A DNA stretch of 63,834 nucleotides, the filler included, from Octopus bimaculoides (Eukaryota): NCBI RefSeq assembly GCF_001194135.2. It is 8 parts of 6 records of this genome, joined end to end, with 100 filler letters (N's around TTAATTAATTAA, not from the genome) between each part and the next. Parts side by side here need not be neighbours in the genome. Positions count along the whole stretch, not along the records: positions 1 to 14,925 come from NC_068987.1; 7 more parts are not named here. One strand, written 5' to 3'. Below are positions 1 to 12,699 of the stretch, in pieces. The position numbers and the translations under genes were made by a program. Position 1 is the stretch's first letter, and each line of letters starts with the position of its first letter. The notes below the pieces were generated by a model, which was not told the origin of the DNA, made no database searches, and worked only from the letters and a program-made list of their open reading frames with translations.

Positions 1-71
<71 letters not shown>

Positions 72-78
72 AACACAC
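1..78. repeat. (CA)n microsatellite
   Basis: Direct dinucleotide run; one of dozens of (CA)n/(TA)n/(TACA)n tracts in the window. Confidence 0.98.
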
Positions 79-99
79 GTACACATGTATGATGGATTC

Positions 100-440
100 T
101 CTTGCCGTAAACGACAAATGAGGGTTCAGTGAAATAAAGCGATAATCATGTTCTATGAATACGAATGTGTCGCTCGAGACCTGCTGGTGCCTTGCAAACC
201 ATTTGCCAAATGGAACAAGTTTAGGACTCAGTTTGATCAAGTGCTTGCCTATCATTTGCTACGCATTTTCTTGGGTGGACGACAAGGCTTGCTTTGCATC
301 GTGCCACAAGATTACAATGACAAGTAAGGTCTCCATTTAGTGGAGCAGCGTTTTGCCAGCCTGCCTTCATGCTTACACGAAGTTGATCCCGATGTTTGAA
401 ATGAGGTGAAGTAAGACTAGCGCCAGATACTGCGTTGTGA
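100..440 (-). mobile_element. Degenerate RTE-type LINE 3' end
   Basis: Minus-strand frames give PHFKHRDQLRVSMK and CSIWQMVCKAPAGLERHIRIH, resembling an RTE C-terminus with a terminal C2H2-like motif; stops and frameshifts present. Confidence 0.4.
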
Positions 441-716
441 ATCTTTGTTTTCACAGGAAGAAAAGAGAATGTTACATCGTTTCAGATTGTCTTTTAGTTT
501 GTCTTTGAAGTGTAAGAGTGGTCTTCCAACTAACCTTCCTGTTGGGAATTGGACAAAGAGAAGTTGCTTCGGAATTCTATCACTCATATATGAGAGATGA
601 CCTGACCATCTAAGGTGTATTTTGTCTTAATAAATAGACATAGTATAATATCTAAACGTTGATGAATACCCCTCTTGACCCCTCCATTTTCTCATTGCTG
701 TATATGTGTATACATG

Positions 717-747
<31 letters not shown>

Positions 748-772
748 GTATGTATATATATATATATATGTG

Positions 773-809
<37 letters not shown>

Positions 810-1918
810 NNNNNNNNNNNNNNNNNNNNNNNNNNNNNNNNNNNNNNNNNNNNNNNNNNNNNNNNNNNNNNNNNNNNNNNNNNNNNNNNNNNNNNNNNNN
901 NNNNNNNNNNNNNNNNNNNNNNNNNNNNNNNNNNNNNNNNNNNNNNNNNNNNNNNNNNNNNNNNNNNNNNNNNNNNNNNNNNNNNNNNNNNNNNNNNNNN
1001 NNNNNNNNNNNNNNNNNNNNNNNNNNNNNNNNNNNNNNNNNNNNNNNNNNNNNNNNNNNNNNNNNNNNNNNNNNNNNNNNNNNNNNNNNNNNNNNNNNNN
1101 NNNNNNATATATACATATATATGCGCGTGCGTGTGCGTATGTGTAGAGATACACATACATTAAAAAATGGAATGAACGACATTCTTTATTTAAAATTACT
1201 AAAATTGTTTCGACACAGTTTTACACGTTTAATACATAGGAGTGATTCTGCGCAACCATTATCTGACATCTAAGGTGTAAAATACGCCTCTTGAGGTGCT
1301 TATTTGAATAAGTTCTTCGTTAGATTCTCTCACCATTTGACTCAGTGGATGTGTTATTCCCAACAGTTTACAGACAAAACAAAAACCATAGACATAATCA
1401 CTGACAAAATACATTAACAACCAAAATATAAAATATAAATATGAAAAAATGGACAAAATATTAAAAAAAATATGTAAAATGGGTCATTCGACTATAAATC
1501 ATATTTCTATCCTAATGGTTAATGCATAAGGAAAATAAATCTGAACAGAGTAAAGAATAAAATGAAGAGTGAAATAAACTGTTGAGAGTTAATAAAGTGA
1601 TAAGGAGGTTAAGAATGACCGTTTCAGTAATATTTCCTTGTTTTTTTTAAGGATGTCAATTACCTTCCTTCTCTCGTGACAAAACAACAGACCCCATCAT
1701 ACACACTCACATCCCTCCCACGAGGCAGGTGGGTGTTTATCTGTGGGTGAGTATGTGTGTGTGTAGATGTGAGTGTGTATATATTTCATTTCACGTTATT
1801 ATACTGTTTTACTCTCCTGACTTTATGGTAGTTGAACTACATGGAGGAAATATATAGATGCGCATGCGTGTGCATTTTATAAGTACATACATATGTGTGT
1901 AGATAAAGTTTTCGATGT

Positions 1919-2027
1919 TGTTATTATTATTATTATCATTATTATCATTATCCAGGTCACTGCCTGGAATCGAACTCGGAATCTTGGGTTTAGTAGCCCA
2001 CGCTCTTAGCCACTACACCATATGCCC
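1919..2027 (-). mobile_element. Short tRNA-derived SINE (family D) with (ATA/ATG)n tail
   Basis: Minus strand GGGCATATGGTGTAGTGGCTAAGAGCGTGGGC...GAGTTCGATTCCAGGC has A-box (TGGTGTAGTGG) and B-box (GAGTTCGATTCC), followed by a simple-repeat tail. Confidence 0.75.
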
Positions 2028-2067
2028 GTGGGCATATGAATAATAATAATAATAACAATAATAACAA

Positions 2068-2197
2068 CATCGAAAAATACCTTAGGAATGAGAACCCAGG
2101 TTCGAAATTTCCCCCAAGACACCTGATGAAGGCTGGAGGGTATATCAGCCGAAACGTGTTAACAACAAACAAGATAAGGACAAACGTCCGTCACATT
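2068..2197 (+). mobile_element. Penelope-like pseudo-LTR fragment, hammerhead family 1, cleavage triplet deleted
   Basis: GACAC-CTGATGA-A-GGCTG(loop)CAGCC-GAAAC-GTGTT at 2118-2160; lacks the GTC triplet present in the 29075 copy; same unit at 29026-29175 and 60620-60912. Confidence 0.75.
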
Positions 2198-2358
2198 CGT
2201 CACATACGTATATACATACATACATACATACAAACATACATACATACATGCATACACACACACATACATACACACATATATTTGGTTTGGACGATTTTCG
2301 ATGTAAACTTGTGTGTTGAAACCCAATATTAGCGTAATAACCCTTCCAAGGTACAATA

Positions 2359-2391
<33 letters not shown>

Positions 2392-2420
2392 CCTGTGTCT
2401 GTCTGTCTCTCTCTCTCTCT

Positions 2421-2457
<37 letters not shown>

Positions 2458-2766
2458 NNNNNNNNNNNNNNNNNNNNNNNNNNNNTATATATATATATAT
2501 ATATCAACAAACACATAAGTATGAGTGAATGTGAGTGTTTGTCTGTATGTGCGGCAATGTGTGTGTGTGTGTGTTTGCATCATGAAACAGATACATACTG
2601 CGACATAAATTTCGAATTTTTACTGATAACGAGCTGTCATAGAAGCAGGTGTCGGCGAAACTTTGAAGTCAACGACGCAATGTAACCCTACTTCGGTATT
2701 GGGTATTTTTTTTTCAGTTAATGTTCTTTCCTGCTGTTTCAAACATTCTTTGAAAGCAAAAACAAT

Positions 2767-2803
<37 letters not shown>

Positions 2804-2805
<2 letters not shown>

Positions 2806-2848
2806 TGAGTTTATGCATGTGAGTTTATGCATGTGAGTTTATGCATGT
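2804..2848. repeat. 14-bp tandem repeat x3 (TGTGAGTTTATGCA)
   Basis: Three consecutive exact copies. Confidence 0.9.
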
Positions 2849-4639
2849 CATACATTTACAAAACCTGTTCGTGTAAGTATACAGGGAAAAGTGCATATAC
2901 GTGTTCATTATATCGGTATGCGTTTCTGTCTGTATCGATTGTGTGTGCATTAACATTTATTCACGTATGTAAGTCAACCTCAAGCACAATTACATTCATA
3001 CGTATATACTCTCATTAACACATTTATACTAACACAATTATATATACAGTACTCAGACGCACTTGTGCTCATCCAAACAAGCATACTGATGTATAACAAT
3101 GGTAAGCAAGCACGGAAGCTATCGAAAAATATAATCTAGCAACAAAAGGAAAATATTTGAAACTTCGTAACCTAGAAGTTTCATGAAGATTCCACTTCCC
3201 CAGTTTCATTGATAATGTCTCATAGCATTATATATTCCTGAAGAATTTCATTTAATTCCAAATTTGTTAAACGGATTATTCTTGCCTATATTTATTTATT
3301 TATGTAATTATTTATTGTTTGATTATTTATCATTTGTATAAGTTTTTATTTATTTACTTTATTTATTCATTTATTTATTTATATTTGGCGTCAATCTTGC
3401 GTTCGTTTATTCATTTTGGCGTTCGTTTCAGTCTGCCTTTCAATCGTGCACCTTCCATTTGTTGACAGATAAATAAAATTGTATGAGAGTAGTGATGGCA
3501 GCAGCAGCAAGAAGTAGTTTCAGCTTGTACAAAAGTAAATAGAGTGTTCGTTCTATTATTCCTCACCACATGCCAACGTAGCATCAGCAGCAACGTCACT
3601 TCCATCACCTCCATCACCAGCAACAACTGCGACAATAGTATTATCACAGAAACAACCAGTGAATAGATATCAGGGAAAAAAAAGCAAAATATAGAGAGGT
3701 GCATACTATATAGTATTATTGAAGTTGTTTAACACTTTAACCCAACATAGTAAGAAAATAGTGTTCAACTTTTCGGAGGCGTTGTCATTCATCAAGGAAA
3801 AGGAAAGAAACAAAGAAAATAGAAATTAAAATCGCCGAGTAGCTACAGGCTCCCATGGGGCTGACAATAACATTTAATTACATTAGACTCAAAACTTCGC
3901 CACCACTTCTACCAGTACCAACCAACCTTTTCACTCTTGAAATAACATCAGCATTCGTATGATTACAACTCCTAGCCTCGATACTGCTGCATCTGTGGCA
4001 CTTCTAACAAAAGCTCAATATGCGTGTTTATATATNNNNNNNNNNNNNNNNNNNNNNNNNNNNNNNNNNNNNNNNNNNNNNNNNNNNNNNNNNNNNNNNN
4101 NNNNNNNNNNNNNNNNNNNNNATATATAACAATGTTATCTGAGATAATGCACGCATGCATTATCTCAGGTAACATTGTTATGTTCTGCGCATTTCTGTCT
4201 TGTATCTTCTCGGTATGAACCGCAACAACAGCCAGAGTGATCAACGCATGTCTGGAAAAGAGCAGCAGTAAACTATAGTGAAAAGTACCAATATCACCCC
4301 ATTTGTGATGTGAGAACATCAGTGTCTATCACTCATATTACTGGTCTCAGCGTTTTAATGGGATGGAAGTAGTAGGGGGACGGAAACAGATGCATAAATC
4401 GATAGCAAGTAAAACAAGGAGACATATATGCATGCAGAATTACACCTAGTCTCCAACTCAAATTGTACATCCTGTATTTCGTACGTATCAGAATAGGTTT
4501 TTTAAAACTTTATATTGGTCACGTAAATGCATACTGATTCATCTCATATTCATTCATGATTTTGTACTCATTTCCAAGAGCATTAAAAGATAGACAAAAA
4601 TGATGAAAGCCCTAAAAGTAGAGAACAATAAAAAAAAAA

Positions 4640-5170
4640 TTAGAACTCAGAATTGTTTATCGGATCACAGATGGAAATGTAGTAACAGAGGATGAAATAA
4701 TTTAACATGTAAGCCAATACACCTTTCTTGAATATGCTCAAAAGTTAAAACTCAAGCCAAAGAAATTGAACTACGAATAAAATTATGATGGGCAGCCCTT
4801 GGTAAATTGAATCACATCCTAAGTAGTAATTTGCCCATGTCTCTAAAAAGAAAGATCTTCAACGTAATGGGCGCTGCGTACAATTACATATGCATCAGAA
4901 TCATGAACTACCAACAAGAACATTGAAAGTAAATTAAGAGTAACACAAAGAACCAGGCAAAGGAGATTGCTGGAGATTACCAAAATGGAGAAACAAAAGG
5001 TTAAGTGTGGAAACCGGTTTAACGGATATTATTTAGAAAATGAAAACTTTGACATGGTCTTTCGCAAGACATCTGTTTAGAAGAAAGGACACCAAATGGA
5101 ATGCCGAATTGTGAGAGTGGACACCATGACCAGAGAAAAAAATGAGGGTAAGTCCATGCAGAAGTTGGAA
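4640..5170 (+). mobile_element. Degenerate RTE-clade LINE, RT C-terminal region
   Basis: Broken frames read QAKEIELRIKL*WAALGKLNHILSSNLPMSLKRKIFN, ITYASES, KLRVTQR and LTWSFARHLFRRKDTKW. Confidence 0.7.
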
Positions 5171-7069
5171 TGCGTTTTTCGGCACCGAAACATGAATGAG
5201 CTAAGCATATTACCGTGTTTCATGGAGAGAACATACTGACGCATTCAACCACCACAACGTATATAGCAGAACATATTTCAAAAGCATAGCGATGACTATA
5301 TTAGACATACTCCGAAAGTGCAAACGAATAACTTATTGTAATCATGCCGGTTGCTTGAAAGTACAATTTTAGATGTTCTTGATCGAAAATTCCAGCGTAA
5401 CTCAAAAGTTGTAGAAAACTGAATATCGGAAGTATTGTAAACTTTGGTTTTATATCAATGCAAATACTCACAGTGTTTGTGCTAGTTTCAAATAGCTCCA
5501 CAAAGTTTACCAATACGGGTTGACATTTCCGCATTGATTCAAGCACTATGCTTATTTCCTTTCATGATATTTAAAATTACCCACTTCTTTTAGCTGATCC
5601 CTTCATATTTCTGGCACATGCGTATTGTACGTGTGCAGTATTACAATTTTTACAGTGATTATAATGGGGTGAACTTTGTTGGAGTGCTTTTGATAATCGA
5701 AGTGTACTGATTTCTATGTTGGTCATATCTGACACAAGTAATCTTCAATCATCTGCAAGCAGCAGTCCACACTCTTAGAGGTCTAACTTCGGTTGTATGC
5801 ATGCATGCTAAAATGTATAGGTTTCCCATATATTGCCTAAGAAATATTCTAAACACCATGTGGCAAGATAAAATTATCAATGCAGAGTTTCTTACACGTT
5901 CCAATATTCCTAGTTTGTTTGCTAAGAAGCAACTCAAGCTGCGTTGAGTTGAACATGTGAGTATGTTTGACTATAGACTGTCAATGGCAACTTTCTAATC
6001 TGAGTTTGCAAATGGTGGTCATAGATTTGGAACATCTAGGTAGGTTTTCAGAGATGCCCTGCAAAGGACCTTGATAAATTGTAATATAAACCCAGTCATT
6101 CTGGAGCACGGTTTGGAAAGAAGGAAACCTGCACTAGATAGTCTAAGGCTTAATAATATTCACAAATCTCTAGAGCGTATGCCAAAAGGGAAGCTGGCAG
6201 CTCACAGTGTAATAAAAATGGTATAAGTAAATAAAAGTTTGCAACCGGTGACAAATATTGATCAGAATAAACCATTTCGGTCACATTCGTTCCTCCCCTT
6301 CATTTTATGTATGCATTTATTAATTCATTCTGCATCTGCTAGGTCACTATCCGAAAGGAACGGTGGACATGCTATTGTATATGAATATACATATGTGTGC
6401 ACATATACATATATGCGTGTGCGTGTGTGCGCGTGTATGCATGTGTATGACTCTATGTATGTATATAGATATGTATGTCGGTATGCATATCTGAATTTGC
6501 TAGGTCATCGTCCTAAAACATGGCGGAGAAGCTATCGTGTGTCTATAATTGTGTGTCTGTTTACGCTGGTATATTTGTGCATTCGCTTGTTGTTAAGAAT
6601 ATATATTTTATAGATGTCATTACTAAGATTTGTCAAGCAGTAAACTATTCATACACTAGATGTAACCATATAAATATATTACATATAAAAGTGATTTGTA
6701 GACGTTAATATATTTCTTCACAATATCTAATTTTGTTGTAGAATTTGACATCGTCCTTCTAGTTCATATTTCAAAATCGTTTTGTCGCATACTTTTACTC
6801 TGCTCCCAACCACGTTCGTGGATAAATATTAGCTATATACTTATGTTGCTTCTACATAAAATAAAAGGAGTGTAACATATCAAATGTTGGCAGAGATTTT
6901 GAAACAATGAAATACTGAACTAGATTTTTTTCTTTAAAAATATCATTCTTTCTTATCTTGCGTTCAATTTAGAACTTCGTGTTTTTCATTTCATTAGGAG
7001 TTTCGATAACACTAAATATCTATATATTCTCCTTACAAGGTGAGTACCACAACCGTCACAATGTGACAA

Positions 7070-7245
7070 ATTGGCAGAATCGTTGGCACGATGGACAATA
7101 TTCTTATCAGCATTTCTACCAGCTTTACAATGTATGTTCACATTCTGCCAAATTATTTGCCTTTTATCTCATCGGGGTCAATAAAACAAGGACTAGTTGA
7201 GCACTAGATCCCCAAATTTCAGGTCTTGTACCTAAATTAGAAGGA
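7070..7245 (+). mobile_element. Degenerate SINE family B copy
   Basis: TGGCAGAATCGTTGGCAC head and GCCTTTTATCTCATCGGGGTCAATAAAA core shared with 18660, 18898, 41518 and 59715 copies. Confidence 0.55.
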
Positions 7246-7799
7246 AAGAAATATGCACACGCTCTGATCATATCAATAAACAGAAAATATGATGTATACT
7301 ACTGATCCACTCGACTCATTTTGTTTCGGTATCTATAGATTTTTGGGTCAGTATCAAAAAGAACAAAATCGATATTCTATATAAATGTAAATATAATGAA
7401 AGTAACATCTGTCATAATTATAATTGTGGTAACAATATTAATGCGATAATGGATATGATAAATCTATATATGTATAATCGATCTTACCTATATCAGGCTG
7501 TGACTATATTGATTAAATACAGATAACATGGTGTGACGAAGAGCAGGAGGTGTATACTCGATAAACAGAAACTGTAACAGCTGAATTTTCTTGCCGAACC
7601 TTTTCAGTTTTCTTCCTGCTGATTATGAATTTGTAAAAATGGATACAACTTACGTAGTTGTAATAATGAAGTCAATGATACATTAATTATCAATCTAGTA
7701 CATAACATGTTTGATATGGCAATTCGATATTCACTCATTTATTTATATGTATATATAATGTAAAACCACAAATTTAGGGATATCAGATATGAACATATG

Positions 7800-7853
<54 letters not shown>

Positions 7854-8199
7854 NNNNNNNNNNNNNNNNNNNNNNNNNNNNNNNNNNNNNNNNNNNNNNN
7901 NNNNNNNNNNNNNNNNNNNNNNNNNNNNNNNNNNNNNNNNNNNNNNNNNNNNNNNNNNNNNNNNNNNNNNNNNNNNNNNNNNNNNNNNNNNNNNNNNNNN
8001 NNNNNNNNNNNNNNNNNNNNNNNNNNNNNNNNNNNNNNNNNNNNNNNNNNNNNNNNNNNNNNNNNNNNNNNNNNNNNNNNNNNNNNNNNNNNNNNNNNNN
8101 NNNNNNNNNNNNNNNNNNNNNNNNNNNNNNNNNNNNNNNNNNNNNNNNNNNNNNNNNNNNNNNNNNNNNNNNNNNNNNNNNNNNNNNNNNNNTATGTAA

Positions 8200-8300
8200 T
8201 TAGTGATGACGTTTGTCAAATGCTGAATTAATGCTTTGTACACCTAAATTTGAAACTACCCTCACATATTCCGATGTATGATCTATGAAGTTCTTGAGTG
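8200..8300 (-). mobile_element. Penelope-like GIY-YIG endonuclease remnant
   Basis: Minus frame HRSYIGICEGSFKFRCTKH* resembles the YIG..E..FK.R...H motif of PLE GIY-YIG domains; short and interrupted. Confidence 0.45.
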
Positions 8301-9867
8301 GTGTTATTTGGGTTGTCCGGCTTACTTAGTAGCCTGAGACGTGTTGGAGAAGGTCTGTTTGAAGGTTTGAAGTACTTTATATCTTCGGCGGATTTTAGTT
8401 GTACAACTGTAGCTACCATTTATATTTTCTCTTCTATCGAAAGTGAACGCCCAGCGGGATCCTGATTTGATTTAGAAAAAGTTTTGGCGATATTTTTATA
8501 ATTTATTTGAAAAGTTAATATTTGGCAAGTGATGTCATATTAAGGTTAGCATGATCGGTGATGAGTTTTCATTTCATTACCGGGGGTGTCTAACATTTGA
8601 GGGTAAATGTAATTATTCAGTACTAGGCCTCAGTGCATTTCAATTCCATCGAATGTATCTTTGCCGAGAAAGAGCTAGTAATATTGCTTCAAATTTACTG
8701 GCAAAATTCCAAAACCGAGTGGAAAGACGTTTTCATCAATGCAAATGAGCTTTCCATTCTGATTTTACATGATTTGCATTTACATGTGCCGAGGTCATAC
8801 ATAATATCAAGGGAATCCCGTTTTGTTATATTAGTAATTGCAATGATATTAAATCCTACATTAAATGAACAAGTTGCGGCGTACATCACTCTTCCTAGGT
8901 TATCTTCGTTTATGTTATAAGTAGCTACATCCTCATCTCTATACAAGTCTACGACTTATGTATTAATTCTAATCTTGTGATATCCAGGGATTAATAACCC
9001 AGCCAGATTGCTTTTGACACATGCAGAGAATCTGACCCAATATAATACCTCCCTGGTGTACATGAGAATATCGATGATGTCATTCTGGATATCACAACTT
9101 ATATTAAATTGCAAAGACTTCGTGAAGAGGAAGTGGAATATTCTCTTGCAGAAGTCAACGCTATGAAATTTACTCAATTTTTCAAATATTATTTCCACTT
9201 TGTTAGGCCAGTGAGGTACTGGTATTAGTTTTTGGCTGGAATGTAATGTTATTTGTATGTTTGCTCTGCATACGGTTAACATAGTTTCTCCGCTTCGCTT
9301 TTCAATTTCAGGTTTATTACCATGCATACAGGGTATGTAGAAATTTGTTTTATTATGACATTTAATGGCGTATACATGCATACACACACGCATATATATA
9401 TATATATANNNNNNNNNNNNNNNNNNNNNNNNNNNNNNNNNNNNNNNNNNNNNNNNNNNNNNNNNNNNNNNNNNNNNNNNNNNNNNNNNNNNNNNNNNNN
9501 NNNNNNNNNNNNNNNNNNNNNNNNNNNNNNNNNNNNNNNNNNNNNNNNNNNNNNNNNNNNNNNNNNNNNNNNNNNNNNNNNNNNNNNNNNNNNNNNNNNN
9601 NNNNNNNNNNNNNNNNNNNNNNNNNNNNNNNNNNNNNNNNNNNNNNNNNNNNNNNNNNNNNNNNNNNTAGCTCAAGACATCATCAGGAGGAACCACGTCC
9701 GGTTTCGGACCCTATTCCTCTACCGTTTTGACGTCGTGGGGCCCCGCCTTTCGGAGGTGTCTTCAGCTCTGGTGTTGGGTGCATGTCTTGTTTCTTCTAT
9801 TCCCTGACCTCTTCGATGCAGACTCAACGAGTGTCAGCGTCCGACTGACTGTCTTGTCAAATTCCCC

Positions 9868-9875
9868 TTTTTATA
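9868..9875 (-). promoter_or_regulatory. Candidate TATA box of the LTR-like unit
   Basis: TATAAAAA immediately downstream (minus) of the 60-bp repeats. Confidence 0.5.
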
Positions 9876-10054
9876 CCTGCTGCTAGGCTCCAGCAGGCTG
9901 CCCCAGCAAGTTGTCACATGACACTGTCTAAATTTCCCGCTGTTAGGGTCCAGTAGGCAGTCCCAGCAAGTTGTCACATGACACTGTCTAAACTTCCCGC
10001 TGCTAGGCTCCAGCAAGTAGCCCCAGCAAGTTGTCACGTGACACTGTCTAAACT
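9876..10054. repeat. Three tandem 60-bp repeats each with an E-box palindrome
   Basis: Period exactly 60; GTCACATGAC at 9913 and 9973, GTCACGTGAC at 10033. Confidence 0.95.
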
Positions 10055-12699
10055 TTAACTGACAATGGAGGGCGCGTAATCTTAGGCCACGCATGCTCTA
10101 ACTGAGACCGTCACCTGTCAATCAGCGAAGCTACTTCAGTGTCAGCCTGTCTCACCTAATGATGTTATTTTCCTGCCGGCATGTTATGACTTTCAAGCCA
10201 TATTTGGTCTTCCCGCTTCAGCCATATATACATTTTTACATAGACATATATATATACATTTTTACATTTCGCTTAGGCATAGCGATATTAATATCCTGGT
10301 ATTAGAACGCAATGTACATATGCTTCAGAATAAAGCGTTAGTCGAGTACAGAGCGTATTATGTAATTAAATACATGACAAAGGAATAGGGAATTATGCTG
10401 CGGGAACACTATAATGTGATGTACAACCTCTCAGCCCTGGATGAGCTGCATCATATAGCAGAAACAGCTGTAAGTTAATGAAGTCCATTGCATAATTTCC
10501 GATTCCTTTGTCATTTATTTAAATTCACACACACACACATGCACGGACTCTCTCTTTTGCGCACGCACATGTAGGCCACACACATACACATACACACACA
10601 CACACGTCATGTAAAGAATTATATTCGGTTCACTAAAAAATCTTTGGAAAGAACAGTTGGTCAACACTACTGTTTCTTCTAAAACACCTGAAATATTTTT
10701 GGACAAAACTCACCAAATATTATTAGTAACTAAAGAAAATTGTTTGTACTTATATGGTATTACGAAATCAAATCAAGTAAGACCACGTTGAAATGATAAT
10801 AAGGATATGCTCTTTGTATTTCAGCGAAAATTAATGTTGTACCGTAAGAATTCTATAAGAAAGTACTCTTTGAGATGATTATACTGCTTCTTCATAAATG
10901 TAACTACTCGAAATATTATTAAAAGTCTCGTGGTGGAACACCTGAGAAATGCAACAATTAAATTCATTAAGTTCTTTTGTAAATATACATTTCATTCTGA
11001 ACTCTTTTTATCATGAAACAGTCTTTTTCTCTGAAATATTTCGAAATGGTAGATGGATGTCGAGATAGGTTTGTGTAAAGGAGCAATAAAACGCCTTAAC
11101 CAAGTCAAACATGAGTATTCGTCTATTTTGTCTTCGTTTACATATAAATATGCGATCTGTTCATTCATCTCTTTTGTTGCCTCGGAATCCGTAAGTTATA
11201 GGGTACAGATTCAAAACTTGTAAAATTTCAGCTTAGAATAGTTATCATAGTATTCCTAAAATCGTACTGAGATCTTTTGAATTTCCACTGGATGGTTCCA
11301 CTAATATATATATNNNNNNNNNNNNNNNNNNNNNNNNNNNNNNNNNNNNNNNNNNNNNNNNNNNNNNNNNNNNNNNNNNNNNNNNNNNNNNNNNNNNNNN
11401 NNNNNNNNNNNNNNNNTATATATATATATATATATGCGTGTGTGTGTATGTAGATGTATGTGTGTGTATATACATATATCTATATATGTATCAATGCGTT
11501 TGTATGCGTGAGTGTAACATACGCACAGACATGCCGGTACAGATATACTCGCGCGCACAGTCCCTTCCTCTCTTTCACGCACGCGCGCGCGCAAACACAC
11601 GCTAAGAAGCAAATACATAATCCAAGATATACATATATATGGATTTGATAAGTGCCACGGACGAAACTCTCAGCTCTTGAGCTTCATTTTTAACTTCCTG
11701 CGTATTAATAAGTGTAGATACACTTACGTGTGTATATACTTTTACATATGTGTGTGTGCATGCGTGGGTGGATGCGTTTACATACTTCCCTACTTACTTA
11801 CCTAATACCTACCCTCCTACCTACTCTTCTACCTACCTACTTACCTACCTACGTACCTACCTACCTACCCACCTACCCACCTACCCACCTACCCACCTAC
11901 ATACCTACATACATACATACCTACATACATACATACATACATACATACATACATACACACATACATGCATACATAAATACATACATACGTACATTCATCG
12001 AGAGATAATCACATGGATTTCAATATTCGTTATTGATATGGGGATTAGAATGGTATCATGTTTTAAAATATATATCAGTTTATAATGGAGTAAAGCCAAA
12101 TTATGCCATTTCAATACAGCGTGTATTTGAATATATTAAAAGCCGGAGTCTTATCAGCAGATTATATCTTAAAGTTATGGTTCGCAGTAGCCACATGGAT
12201 ACACAAATTTTTGCAGATTTATATTCCTCTTATTCAGACAGCAATCATGACATACAAACAATCGAACATACATTATCAAATACATATATATGCACACATA
12301 TGCACAGTCNNNNNNNNNNNNNNNNNNNNNNNNNNNNNNNNNNNNNNNNNNNNNNNNNNNNNNNNNNNNNNNNNNNNNNNNNNNNNNNNNNNNNNNNNNN
12401 NNNNNNNNNNNNNNNNNNNNNNNNNNNNNNNNNNNNNNNNNNNNNNNNNNNNNNNNNNNNNNNNNNNNNNNNNNNNNNNNNNNNNNNNNNNNNNNNNNNN
12501 NNNNNNNNNNNNNNNNNNNNNNNNNNNNNNNNNNNNNNNNNNNNNNNNNNNNNNNNNNNNNNNNNNNNNNNNNNNNNNNNNNNNNNNNNNNNNNNNNNNN
12601 NNNNNNNNNNNNNNNNNNNNNNNNNNNNNNNNNNNNNNNNNNNNNNNNNNNNNNNNNNNNNNNNNNNNNNNNNNNNNNNNNNNNNNNNNNNGGGGGGGG

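Larger units (their letters stand above)
9668..10224 (-). mobile_element. LTR- or pseudo-LTR-like unit, GC-rich, 3' end lost in gap
   Basis: On minus it starts TG (TGGCTGAAGC) next to (TA)n, then 3x60-bp repeat, TATAAAAA (9868-9875), then a highly self-complementary segment. Confidence 0.55.

Noticed and set aside
148-327. 59-codon plus-strand ORF ending near a GTAAGG donor-like site
   Set aside because: No recognisable homology; in-frame stop right after the nearest acceptor; region better explained as an antisense RTE remnant.
627-1273. Long ORFs rich in X, IY, TH, VC or SL here and throughout the track
   Set aside because: Translations of N gaps and microsatellites; no coding signal.
3470-3710. 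S/T/Q-rich open frames
   Set aside because: Degenerate (CAG/CAT)n low complexity with stops; no splice support.
7530-7580. Hammerhead-like GTGACGAAGAG...CTCGATAAAC
   Set aside because: C3 missing, GAAAC interrupted, no stem I.
9046-9228. Protein-like plus frame YLPGVHENIDDVILDITTYIKLQRLREEEVEY
   Set aside because: No recognisable family, flanked by stops, no clear splice sites.
9876-10054. CRISPR-like appearance of regularly spaced repeats
   Set aside because: Contiguous tandem units without unique spacers, eukaryotic context, no cas genes.
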